In this document: positions 1-8,387 of the stretch, piece by piece
How positions within the stretch are numbered: position 1 is the first letter of the stretch
Layout: every line of letters starts with the position of its first letter
Source: Hyphomicrobiaceae bacterium
Lineage (GTDB): Bacteria > Pseudomonadota > Alphaproteobacteria > Rhizobiales > Hyphomicrobiaceae
DNA length: 64,000 nt
Reading direction: 5' to 3'
Assembly: GCA_031379035.1 (NCBI GenBank)
Contig: JANNEU010000083.1
Span: 2,854-66,853, forward strand
Notes under the pieces: model-generated
The model's database searches: none
The model's input: only the letters and a program-made list of their open reading frames with translations
What the model was told of the DNA's origin: nothing
Made by a program: the position numbers and the translations under genes

Positions 1-552
1 GGCGAAGATGCGGTCGCCATGATGGGCGGCCCACTCCAACACCTGCATGCCACCCATCGAGCCGCCGATGACGGCGAATAACTGATCAATACCAAGCCGG
101 TCAATGAGGCGGACTTGAGCGTCGACCATGTCACCGATGGTGATGACGGGGAAGTCGAGCCCGTAGGGCTTGCTGGTTTCGGGATTAAGCGACGCCGGAC
201 CCGTCGAGCCCAGGCAACCGCCGAGAACATTCGAGCAGATGACAAAGAAGCGGTTGGTATCAATCGGGCGGCCCGGGCCGACCATCGTTACCCACCAGCC
301 GGGTTTGCCGGTGACCGGGTGCACGTTGGCGACGTGCTGGTCGCCGGTCAGCGCGTGGCAGATGAGGATGGCGTTGGATTTGGCGGCGTTGAGTGTGCCG
401 TAAGTCTGGAAGGCGATGTCAAAGGGTGCAAGAGACTTGTCGCAATCCAGCTTCAGGGCTTCGCTGGGTCCGAAATGAGCGATTTGACTGACAAGACCGG
501 CATAGACACGCGGCGGGCTTTGGGCACCCGCGAGATGATCATCCTGTGCCAT
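1..552 (-). CDS. metX: homoserine O-acetyltransferase, N-terminal part (gene runs off the left window edge)
   Basis: Minus-strand translation from the ATG at 552 reads [87 protein letters not shown]...[15 protein letters not shown], a typical MetX N-terminus with the GxSxGG nucleophile elbow. It is absent from the ORF track because it is open at the edge. The + ORF 115..1014 is its shadow. Confidence 0.85.
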   Translation of the reverse strand, partial: MAQDDHLAGAQSPPRVYAGLVSQIAHFGPSEALKLDCDKSLAPFDIAFQTYGTLNAAKSNAILICHALTGDQHVANVHPVTGKPGWWVTMVGPGRPIDTNRFFVICSNVLGGCLGSTGPASLNPETSKPYGLDFPVITIGDMVDAQVRLIDRLGIDQLFAVIGGSMGGMQVLEWAAHHGDRIFA

Positions 553-593
553 GCAATACCAACCCTTCGGACGCCACCAGACGAGGCACGTCA

Positions 594-629
594 GAAAAAA
601 CCAGCCGGTCGAAAAAACGAGCGGACCGG
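594..629 (-). terminator. weak hairpin plus U-tract in the metX leader (possible riboswitch expression platform)
   Basis: Minus strand reads CCGGUC, a 13-nt loop, GACCGG, then CUGGUUUUUUC. It lies between the riboswitch candidate and the metX ATG. The stem is only 6 bp. Confidence 0.25.
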
Positions 630-644
630 AACACCGGAATTGGT

Positions 645-702
645 GGAACGGCCCTTTAGCGAGTTATTTAACGTGGCTGCAAGCCGGCCGGCCAAATCAC
701 CA
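645..702 (-). ncRNA. candidate SAM-II (metA/metX-type) riboswitch
   Basis: Minus-strand RNA GUGAUUUGGCCGGCCGGCUUGCAGCCACGUUAAAUAACUCGCUAAAGGGCC lies about 95 nt upstream of the metX ATG. It matches my recollection of the alphaproteobacterial SAM-II core (GAUUU..GGCUUGC.GCC..CGCUAAA). No covariance model was run. Confidence 0.5.
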
Positions 703-767
703 CGAGCGTCAACCTTATCGACCGGCCACCCTAGCCGTCAAGAACCGCGCGACGACCTGCGATGGCC

Positions 768-806
768 GGGTCAGTCACTGGGTCAGTCACTGGGCCAATC
801 ACTGGG
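768..806. repeat. 12-bp tandem repeat, about 3 copies (gggtcagtcact / gggtcagtcact / gggccaatcact)
   Basis: Read directly from the sequence. It straddles the stop codon (799-801) of the PAP2 gene. Confidence 0.85.
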
Positions 807-1824
807 CGAGGCTGCCCGCCGCAATTGGATGGCCGGGGGTACGCTCTGGACTGACTGGGACTTGACCCGGCACTGGGCGCTCTATTTTTGTGGCCAGAAC
901 GATGCCGACAAAACAGGCCATCGCACCGCCGATCACGTCCATCAGATGGTGACTGCCGATGGGCAGGGTCGTCAGCAGAACCAGCCCACTCAGCAGCGCG
1001 TTCAGCGGCCCTAGCACCGGCGTTCGCCACGTTGCCCAGCCAGCCGATACAGCGACGACGGTATGGAACGAGGGAAACTGAATAATGCCGTCCAGAGGGC
1101 CTGCCAGGTGTCGCAGAACGCCGCTGCGGACCGCATCGAAATCGGGCAAGAAATGCCGGACATCGACCAAGGCAGCGAGATTGCCGGAGGGGCCAGGGGT
1201 AATGCCATAAGTCCGATAGGCACCGGCGGCTGGCAGGAGCGCCGAGGTCGTGATCGTCAAGACCGTGGCGATCAACAGACCGGTCATATAAATATTCAAC
1301 CGGCTCAAGTCGCGGCGGCTCGCGAGCGCAATGATCGCAATCGGAATTTGTATGATCGAGTACTGATAAACAAATACGAACAGAGCCGCTGCCCCAACGG
1401 TCATATCGGTCCAACGCTGCAACGCGATCCAATCGAACCCGGCCGCTCGGTCCAGCGCCTGCAGCGTCTCATCAACGAGTGGCGCGTTGAAGCCCGCCGC
1501 CACATAGCTTGCTGGTAAGAGAACCGCGAGCATGGCGATCCAAAAAGCAAACAGCGCGCATGTTTCCGACATCGCATCGCTTTTGAAGCGGACGCGACCG
1601 AGACCAGCAATGGCGAGCAAGCCGCCGAATAGTACTACAGTGACCACGACGTCGCGCAACGGCAGCGTAAACCCCAACGCCGCACCGGCGACGACCGACG
1701 CCACCGTTGCACACGAAAGAAGACCCCACGCCCTCAGGCTCGGAGTATCAGGAAGGAACTGCATCGCGCACCTACGGGTCACACCCACACCGGCTCCGTG
1801 TCGCCACGGGGCACCAGTGGTCAA
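799..1824 (-). CDS. PAP2-superfamily membrane phosphatase
   Basis: Polytopic membrane protein with the PAP2 motifs FPSFHT and GSHHLMDVIGG. The TTG start at 1824 overlaps the upstream stop (TTGA). An alternative ATG is at 1764. Confidence 0.7.
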   Translation of the reverse strand: MTTGAPWRHGAGVGVTRRCAMQFLPDTPSLRAWGLLSCATVASVVAGAALGFTLPLRDVVVTVVLFGGLLAIAGLGRVRFKSDAMSETCALFAFWIAMLAVLLPASYVAAGFNAPLVDETLQALDRAAGFDWIALQRWTDMTVGAAALFVFVYQYSIIQIPIAIIALASRRDLSRLNIYMTGLLIATVLTITTSALLPAAGAYRTYGITPGPSGNLAALVDVRHFLPDFDAVRSGVLRHLAGPLDGIIQFPSFHTVVAVSAGWATWRTPVLGPLNALLSGLVLLTTLPIGSHHLMDVIGGAMACFVGIVLATKIERPVPGQVPVSPERTPGHPIAAGSLAQ

Positions 1825-2339
1825 TTGCTGCCGGGGTCACCCTTCTCGCCGCTGCTGCCTTCAGAGAAGCGGATCTTCTGCTGAGCGGCCTGAATATTCT
1901 GCGCCATGAAGCCGATGTCATCGCCCAGCGTGGCGGTCGGGTTGCATTGCGGCAGGCAGGCGAAAGTCTGCCGCGCGGTGCCGCGGGTGACGTTGACGAC
2001 CCCAACTTCATCGCGACGGACGGCGATGCGCTGATCCTGGATCACGTTGCGTTCGCCATCGAGGGCAATGATGTTGGTGATGCCATAGCTCTTGCCGGTG
2101 ATCACGAGGATGTTGCCGGATTGGATGGTGACGTCGGCGATGCTGGGGTTGCCGACGATGATCTCAGAAGCCGGGCGCGTCAGCCGGAGGATCTGTGATT
2201 GATCGAACTTGACGACCAAGTCATCGGCATTGGCGGAAAGGTTGGTTCCGGCCATCGCCGCCGCAGCGATCAACAGGCGGGCAGCACCGCGTGCGACGAC
2301 GCGAAGGCTCTTACAAGACATATGAGAATGGGCGGGCAT
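1821..2339 (-). CDS. secreted protein with pilus-formation N-terminal domain (secretin-N-like)
   Basis: Signal peptide followed by LVVKFDQSQILRLTRPASEIIVGNPSIADVTIQSGNILVITGKSYGITNIIALD. The same domain pattern starts CpaC. The gene is divergent from flp. Confidence 0.65.
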   Translation of the reverse strand: MPAHSHMSCKSLRVVARGAARLLIAAAAMAGTNLSANADDLVVKFDQSQILRLTRPASEIIVGNPSIADVTIQSGNILVITGKSYGITNIIALDGERNVIQDQRIAVRRDEVGVVNVTRGTARQTFACLPQCNPTATLGDDIGFMAQNIQAAQQKIRFSEGSSGEKGDPGSN

Positions 2340-2565
2340 GAACGATCACCTACCTGGAGCGGGCCTGACGCAGTACTTCAGACGCCACTGTCGCCGCCAA
2401 ACATGAAGAAAGTGCAAAATCTGGTTTCAAATCGACTGCCAAGTTCCAGATGCTCAGTAAATGGCTATCGGTATGGTTGATTCTTCATTTCGCTAAACTC
2501 GATTTTCACCATTCCGGGTAACACTCGGCATCTACCGTCGCGATTAAAGCCGTCGTGCCCCCAAA

Positions 2566-2580
2566 TTAACTCAACTTTAA
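2566..2580. promoter_or_regulatory. perfect CtrA-box motif TTAA-N7-TTAA in the flp promoter region
   Basis: ttaa ctcaact ttaa read directly, 104 nt upstream of the flp ATG. CtrA control of pilA is known in Caulobacter. Confidence 0.45.
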
Positions 2581-2683
2581 ACCGCCGCCGGTAACTTCCA
2601 CAACAGTTCAGCCACACGGGGCGGGTGCCCTCGGTCGAACTGCCCGCGCACAAGCGCTTCAGTCAAGAGTTGGGAGACTCACT

Positions 2684-2857
2684 ATGCAGACCCTCATCGC
2701 ACGTTTCGTTAAAGACGAGTCCGGCGCCACCGCCATCGAGTACGGCCTCATCGCCTCGCTCATCTCGGTTGCCATCATCTCGGCTGCTTCGACCCTCGGC
2801 AAGAACGTCGCCAACACGTTCAGCTCCGTCGCTGCAAACATGAACACCACCAAGTAA
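2684..2857 (+). CDS. flp: Flp/Fap-family type IVb pilin precursor (57 aa)
   Basis: MQTLIARFVKDESGATAIEYGLIASLISVAIISAASTLGKNVANTFSSVAANMNTTK. It has the Flp motif G/ATAIEYGLIA, a GGAG-like SD (tgggagactcact ATG), and sits at the head of the cpa locus. It is below the 60-aa cutoff of the ORF track. Confidence 0.9.
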   Translation: MQTLIARFVKDESGATAIEYGLIASLISVAIISAASTLGKNVANTFSSVAANMNTTK

Positions 2858-2912
2858 TGGTCCGGGCGTGCGACCCGCAAGGGTCTCACGCACTCGCCGA
2901 CTTGGTACGTTA

Positions 2913-2958
2913 TTCGAACGGGTCGAAAGCCATTGGCTTTCGACCCGTTCGAATTTTT
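2913..2958 (+). terminator. rho-independent terminator after flp
   Basis: 19-bp perfect stem ttcgaacgggtcgaaagcc / ggctttcgacccgttcgaa with a 3-nt loop, followed by TTTTT. Confidence 0.8.
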
Positions 2959-3080
2959 GCATGTGGCGGGACGATGACCGGTCCGCCGGCTTAATGCCGC
3001 GTTAACCGCTGTCCCTTAATGTGGTCGGCGGGTGAATTTGCTCCATCCCATTGCGACCGATCAACCGACGAGGCCTGCGC

Positions 3081-3584
3081 GTGTATCAGATCGCTATCCT
3101 GACCGTGTTTCCCATCGCCGTCATCTTCGCCGCCGCGATGGACCTCTTCAGCATGACGATCCCCAATCGGATCTCCTTGGTTCTCATCGGCGGCTTTTTC
3201 TGCCTGGCCCCGTTTGCCGGGCTTGGCATTGAAGAGATCGGCATGCATATCCTCGCTGGCCTCATGATGCTGGCCATCACGATCACGCTGTTCGCGATGA
3301 ACTACATCGGCGGCGGAGATGCGAAGCTGGCGTCGTCGGTGGCGCTTTGGCTCGGGTTCGGCGATCTGCTCGACTACGCCATCGGCGCATCGTTGCTCGG
3401 TGGCTTGCTGACCCTTGGCTTTCTTGCCTTCCGCCAAATCCCGCTGCCGTATGCCTGGGCGCAGGCGCCTTGGATCGAGCGCCTGCACACGCCGCGCGGT
3501 GGAATTCCATACGGGATCGCTCTCGCGGCTGCGGCGTTGATCGTCTACCATCAGTCCTTCTGGCTGCGCTCCATCGCGAGCTGA
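3081..3584 (+). CDS. cpaA: prepilin peptidase CpaA (A24 aspartic peptidase)
   Basis: Polytopic protein with AAAMDLFSMTIPN and GGGDAKL motifs. GTG start at 3081; the alternative TTG at 3051 is in the same frame. Confidence 0.85.
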   Translation: MYQIAILTVFPIAVIFAAAMDLFSMTIPNRISLVLIGGFFCLAPFAGLGIEEIGMHILAGLMMLAITITLFAMNYIGGGDAKLASSVALWLGFGDLLDYAIGASLLGGLLTLGFLAFRQIPLPYAWAQAPWIERLHTPRGGIPYGIALAAAALIVYHQSFWLRSIAS

Positions 3585-3614
3585 GACGCACACACCTTCG
3601 ACAGCTGAACCTTC

Positions 3615-3652
3615 AAGACGGGTGCCACAAGCGCCCGTCTTTGTTGTTTCTT
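3615..3652 (+). terminator. hairpin plus T-rich tail between cpaA and cpaB
   Basis: aagacgggtgc cacaa gcgcccgtctt (one mismatch) followed by tgttgtttctt. Confidence 0.45.
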
Positions 3653-3701
3653 GACCATGCCGCACAAAGCATTTTCGAAACGTTTGATTTTGATACGTCC
3701 A

Positions 3702-3716
3702 TTAACGCGCTGTTGA
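3702..3716. promoter_or_regulatory. near-consensus CtrA box (TTAA-N7-TTGA) upstream of cpaB
   Basis: ttaa cgcgctg ttga, 68 nt upstream of the cpaB ATG. It has one mismatch to TTAA-N7-TTAA. Confidence 0.25.
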
Positions 3717-3783
3717 GATTTGTCGCGCAGTGTAGGCCCACGCAGAGCAGTAGGCTCTTTTCAAAACGGGGATTTCGAGCGTC

Positions 3784-4587
3784 ATGCGGAAAGGGCAAAT
3801 TATCGCGGCAGGCGTCGCAGCAGTTTTCGGCCTCGGTTCAGTTGGCCTCCTCGCCACTTATGCAGCGCGCAAGCCCGAAGAAAAAATCGTTTCCGTTCAA
3901 CTGAACACCACCCAAGTGCTGGTCGCCAAGACGCAGATCGAGCTTGGGCAGATCGTCAACCGCGAGAACTTCCGCTGGCAGGAATGGCCGGCTGCTGCCG
4001 TCTCGGGCGGCTACATCAAGTCCAATCCGGGCGGCAAAGACCCGATGCAACCGCTGATCGGTTCGGTTGCGCGCGCGCCGATCCTGAAGGACGAACCCAT
4101 TACGCCTGCGAAACTTGTGAAGCCGGGTGACGGTGGCGTGCTGGCCGCGATCCTGCCCGCCGGCATGCGTGCGATCTCGACCAAGATCAGAGAAGAGACT
4201 GCGGTCGGCCGGCTGATCCTGCCGAACGACCATGTCGATGTCATTCTCATCCAGCGCCGCCGCGCGGCGCGCGGTGGTGGTGAAGAGTTTGTGTCTGATA
4301 CGTTGTTCCGCAACGTGCGCGTCCTGGCCATCGGCCAGTTGATTGCTGCGGCTGAGGGTAAAAAGGGCGCTGATGGCGCGACAGCCACGCTTGAGCTGAC
4401 GCCGCGTCAAACCGAACTGCTGGCGCTCGCAAACTCGATGGGCGAAATCTCGCTCTCGCTGAGGTCGGTGGCTGACATGTCGGCAGCCAATGGTCCCAGT
4501 GCTGGTAATGGTCTCAATGGCCAACGTGGAAATTCCATTCGTGTACTGCGTTACGGTGTCAAGTCGCGTGCTTATGGCGTGAACTGA
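3784..4587 (+). CDS. cpaB: Flp pilus assembly protein CpaB (RcpC-like, SAF domain)
   Basis: N-terminal TM anchor, correct size, and its position after cpaA and before the secretin match CpaB. Confidence 0.85.
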   Translation: MRKGQIIAAGVAAVFGLGSVGLLATYAARKPEEKIVSVQLNTTQVLVAKTQIELGQIVNRENFRWQEWPAAAVSGGYIKSNPGGKDPMQPLIGSVARAPILKDEPITPAKLVKPGDGGVLAAILPAGMRAISTKIREETAVGRLILPNDHVDVILIQRRRAARGGGEEFVSDTLFRNVRVLAIGQLIAAAEGKKGADGATATLELTPRQTELLALANSMGEISLSLRSVADMSAANGPSAGNGLNGQRGNSIRVLRYGVKSRAYGVN

Positions 4588-4631
4588 GGCAACTCTCCCG
4601 AGAGTCCGAACGCAGTCCGAGGGGATTGAAT

Positions 4632-6281
4632 ATGCAGGTAAATATTTGCCGTGCGCTCAGCGCGGTCGCGCTGCTGCTCGCCATGGCTATGGGCGCGCCG
4701 TCGAGTGCACAAATGCATCGCGCTACTGAGGCTGCGCCAGACGGTTCTGTGATGCAGATCCCGGCGCGCTCGAACTTCCCAATCTCCCGGAAGATCACGC
4801 TCGGTGTGGGACGCTCCATGATGATGCAGTTCCCCATGGAGCTGCGCGACGTGATGGTCGCCGATCCAACGAAAGTTGATGCGATCGTGCAGACTTCGGA
4901 TCGCGTGTTCCTCGTCGCCCGCGGTGCGGGGTCGACCAACGCGTTCTTCTTCGACGCGCAGGGCAACCAGATCATGACGCTGGAGATTGCCATCGGCAGC
5001 GATCTCAGTTCACTCGATAACTTGCTGAAGCGCCTGCTGCCAAACTCCAATATCCGCACCGACCTGGCCGGCACAGCCATTGTGTTGATGGGCAGCGTGC
5101 GCACCCCTGGTGACGCTGCACGGGCCGCTGACATTGCAACCCAGTTTGCCTCAGCCAACAAGAACCTGACGGGTTCTGGCTACTCCTATCAGTCGACGAC
5201 TGTTGGCGGCGTGACCACGTCGAGCGGCAACTTCAACTACGGTCAAGGCCGCGACGCCCAGTCGGAAAAGAAGATCATCAACCTGCTCAATATTGAGGGC
5301 GAAGAGCAGGTGATGCTGAAGGTCACTGTGGCGGAGGTTCAACGTTCGGTCCTCAAGCAGTTCGGTGTCAACTTTGCTTCGAGCTTCTCAGTTGGTCCGT
5401 TCAACCTGTCGCCGATGGGTGTGAACAGCTTCCCAGTGACTGGTGCGGCGCTCGGAGGACTCGACAAGGCCGGCGTCGTTACAGGTGACGCCATAGCCAA
5501 GGCCTTGAAGGAAGGCATTGCACCGCCGGCAGGCTGTACTACTGTTCTGCCACAGATCCATCCAAGCTACGTTGCCTCGGCGGGTGTCAGCGGCGGTTTC
5601 AGCGCCGGTGGTGCGTGTTTGAGCTACATGATCAAGGCGATGGAGCGTGTGGGTCTGGTCCGTACGCTTGCCGAACCGAACTTGACCGCCGTATCTGGCG
5701 AATCTGCGAAGTTCCTCGCTGGTGGCGAATATCCTGTGCCGGTTTCGGCCGACAACGGTGCCATCGGCATCTCCTTCAAGGAATACGGTATCGGCGTGGC
5801 CTTCACACCGACGGTGCTCTCCGAAGGACGCATCAGCCTGAAGATCGATACGCAGGTTTCGGAATTGTCGAACGAAGGCGCGTTGGTTCTGTCCGGCACG
5901 CAGATCCCGTCGCTGAAAAAGCGCTCGGCTCTCTCGACGGTGGAACTGCCCTCGGGTGGCTCAATCGTGATGGCCGGCCTGCTCTCTGACAACGTGCGCC
6001 AGAACGTGGAAGGTCTGCCAGGTCTGAAAGATCTGCCGATCCTCGGCACACTCTTCCGCAGCCGCGACTTCCAACAGAACGAAACCGAACTGGTCATCAT
6101 CGTCACGCCGTTGATGGTTCGTCCCACGGCGATTCAGAACCTGGCGAAACCCGACGATGGCCTCGCCGCCGCCTCGGACCTTAAAGCCAGCTTCCTCGGC
6201 CATCTGAACCGGGTCTACGGCAAGGGCCGCTCCATTCCCGACGGCGGTCTCAAGGGCAACTACGGCTTCATTGTCGAATAA
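4632..6281 (+). CDS. cpaC: Flp pilus secretin CpaC (RcpA-like)
   Basis: Signal peptide, pilus N-terminal domain and secretin C-terminal domain (LPGLKDLPILGTLFRSRDF..ELVIIVTP). Confidence 0.9.
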   Translation: MQVNICRALSAVALLLAMAMGAPSSAQMHRATEAAPDGSVMQIPARSNFPISRKITLGVGRSMMMQFPMELRDVMVADPTKVDAIVQTSDRVFLVARGAGSTNAFFFDAQGNQIMTLEIAIGSDLSSLDNLLKRLLPNSNIRTDLAGTAIVLMGSVRTPGDAARAADIATQFASANKNLTGSGYSYQSTTVGGVTTSSGNFNYGQGRDAQSEKKIINLLNIEGEEQVMLKVTVAEVQRSVLKQFGVNFASSFSVGPFNLSPMGVNSFPVTGAALGGLDKAGVVTGDAIAKALKEGIAPPAGCTTVLPQIHPSYVASAGVSGGFSAGGACLSYMIKAMERVGLVRTLAEPNLTAVSGESAKFLAGGEYPVPVSADNGAIGISFKEYGIGVAFTPTVLSEGRISLKIDTQVSELSNEGALVLSGTQIPSLKKRSALSTVELPSGGSIVMAGLLSDNVRQNVEGLPGLKDLPILGTLFRSRDFQQNETELVIIVTPLMVRPTAIQNLAKPDDGLAAASDLKASFLGHLNRVYGKGRSIPDGGLKGNYGFIVE

Positions 6282-6320
6282 TCATCGATCCTTGTCCCCT
6301 GGCGGACCACGGAGAGCATT

Positions 6321-7043
6321 ATGAAGAAAACATCAACACACCGGATGTCCGGGGTTCGCGGGCGACTGCTGGTGATCGCGCTGGCCGGCAGCGGCTTGGC
6401 AGGCTGCGATTCCCTTATGGCTGAAAAACAGGACAGCTTCAGCGCCGGCACGCAACTGCTGACGCCGGCCGAGCGGCACCCGATCATCGTCTCGCAGCAA
6501 CCGCACAAAATGTCGGTCAAAGTGGCGCGCGGCGCAGCAGGGCTGGCACCTGCCCAGAAAGCGGCGATGATTGACTTCTTGACGCGCTATCGCACAGCAG
6601 ACGCTGGCAACAGCAAGCTGATCATCTCGGTGCCGAGCGGTTCTTCGAACGAAGTTTCTGCGATGAACGCGGTGGCCGACATGCGGCCGATCCTGGCGGA
6701 CCAGGGCTTCGCTGAAAGCTCGATCTCGATTGAGCCCTACCATGCCGAGGGCGACCCACAACCGCCGGTGCGCATTGCCTATCTGCGCTACGCCGCTGAA
6801 GGCCCGACGTGCGGCAAGTGGCCGAGCAACGTTACGGAAACCTCTCGCAATGTAAACTACGAGAACTTCGGCTGCGCTACGCAAAAGAACCTCGCTTCCA
6901 TGGTTGCAAATCCTGCGGATCTGCTCGGACCGCGGACCATGACACCGGCCAGCGCAGACCGCCGCGATGTGACGTGGGACAAATACGTGAAGGGCGCCCC
7001 GACCGGCGCAAGTCGCAGTGCTGATGATCGCGTAACGAAGTAA
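6321..7043 (+). CDS. cpaD: pilus biogenesis lipoprotein CpaD
   Basis: Lipobox LAGC after the signal peptide, a GGAGAG SD, and the conserved position between cpaC and cpaE. Confidence 0.75.
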   Translation: MKKTSTHRMSGVRGRLLVIALAGSGLAGCDSLMAEKQDSFSAGTQLLTPAERHPIIVSQQPHKMSVKVARGAAGLAPAQKAAMIDFLTRYRTADAGNSKLIISVPSGSSNEVSAMNAVADMRPILADQGFAESSISIEPYHAEGDPQPPVRIAYLRYAAEGPTCGKWPSNVTETSRNVNYENFGCATQKNLASMVANPADLLGPRTMTPASADRRDVTWDKYVKGAPTGASRSADDRVTK

Positions 7044-7063
7044 GACGCCAAGGAGAGTTTCAC

Positions 7064-8374
7064 ATGAGCCGTCCTTCCAACGCCGCCCAGCGTGACGATC
7101 AGACTGACGGGAGCGCGTCCGAGATGGGCGGTGCCGACATCGAGCACGCGCAACGGGCCCGGCCGATTCCGCGCATCTCGATCCAGGCGTTCTGCGAGGA
7201 TGGAGATACGACCGAAGTGCTGCAAACAGCGGCGGAGGACCGCCGTCTTTCCAAGACACATGTTAGCATTCACATGGGCGGCATTGCTGCGGCTGTCGCG
7301 CACTACCAGGAGAATCCGACCCCGAACCTGATCGTGATCGAGTCGAGCCTTGAGCGCGCGGCGCTGCTGGTACAGCTCGACCACCTCTCCGAGTTCTGCG
7401 ATGCGGGGACGCGCGTCGTGGTCATCGGTCACGCCAACGACGTGGTTCTTTATCGTGAGCTGCTTAAGCGCGGCGTCAGCGAATACCTGGTCGCCCCCAT
7501 CACGCCCTTGCAGCTGATGGAAGGGCTTTCCAACCTCTACAATAACCCTGACTCGGAACCAGTTGGGAGCGTCATCGCGTTTATCGGTGCCAAGGGTGGC
7601 GTCGGATCGTCGACGATCTGCCACAACGTGGCCTGGTCGCTCAGCGAACAGCTGAAGACCAACGTGATCATCGCTGACCTCGACCTCGCGTTCGGCACGA
7701 CGGGTCTGGATTTCAATCAAGACCCCGTCCAAGGCATTGCTGACGCACTTCAATCGCCTGAGCGGTTGGACGAAATGCTGCTCGACCGGCTGCTGACGAA
7801 ATGCACCGACCGGCTGTCCATCTTCGCAGCACCCGTGGTGCTTGATCGCGAATTCGACGTGACCGGCGACGCCTGTGACGTGGTGATCGATGTGACTCGC
7901 CAGCATGTGCCGTTCGTAGCTGTCGACCTTCCGCATACCTGGAGCCCCTGGGTCCGCAGCGTATTGCTGAAGGCCGACGAGATCGTCATCACCGCGACAC
8001 CGGATCTCGCAAACCTTCGCAATGCCAAGAACCTGATGGACCTCATCAAGGCCAACCGCACCAATGACGTGCCGCCGCGTCTGGTCATCAACATGGCCGG
8101 TGTGCCGAAGCGGCCGGAGATCCCGGTCAAAGAATTTGCTGCCAATCTCGGCATTGACCCCGTGCAGGTGTTCGAGTTCGACAGCGAGAATTTCGGTCAG
8201 GCGGCCAACAATGGCCAGATGATTGAGGAGTTCTCCGCCAAAGCGAAAGCTGTCCCGCAGATCCGGGAATTGGCGATGACGCTGGCGGGCCGCAAAGACA
8301 TGCGGGCCGACGTCAAGGCTAAAGCCAAGCCGACGAGTGGCGGGTTCCTGCAGAAACTGAAGCTGAAGCGCTGA
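7064..8374 (+). CDS. cpaE: pilus assembly ATPase-like protein CpaE (TadZ; receiver-like N-domain plus MinD/ParA fold)
   Basis: Deviant Walker A in AFIGAKGGVGSSTICHN, an AAGGAG SD, and locus context. Confidence 0.85.
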   Translation: MSRPSNAAQRDDQTDGSASEMGGADIEHAQRARPIPRISIQAFCEDGDTTEVLQTAAEDRRLSKTHVSIHMGGIAAAVAHYQENPTPNLIVIESSLERAALLVQLDHLSEFCDAGTRVVVIGHANDVVLYRELLKRGVSEYLVAPITPLQLMEGLSNLYNNPDSEPVGSVIAFIGAKGGVGSSTICHNVAWSLSEQLKTNVIIADLDLAFGTTGLDFNQDPVQGIADALQSPERLDEMLLDRLLTKCTDRLSIFAAPVVLDREFDVTGDACDVVIDVTRQHVPFVAVDLPHTWSPWVRSVLLKADEIVITATPDLANLRNAKNLMDLIKANRTNDVPPRLVINMAGVPKRPEIPVKEFAANLGIDPVQVFEFDSENFGQAANNGQMIEEFSAKAKAVPQIRELAMTLAGRKDMRADVKAKAKPTSGGFLQKLKLKR

Positions 8375-8387
8375 AGGGTCGACGATA

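Noticed and set aside
115-1014. 299-aa plus-strand ORF at the left edge
   Set aside because: Its first part is the shadow of the minus-strand metX N-terminus. The rest crosses the riboswitch candidate and the tandem repeat (GQSLGQSLGQSLG), with no protein-like features.
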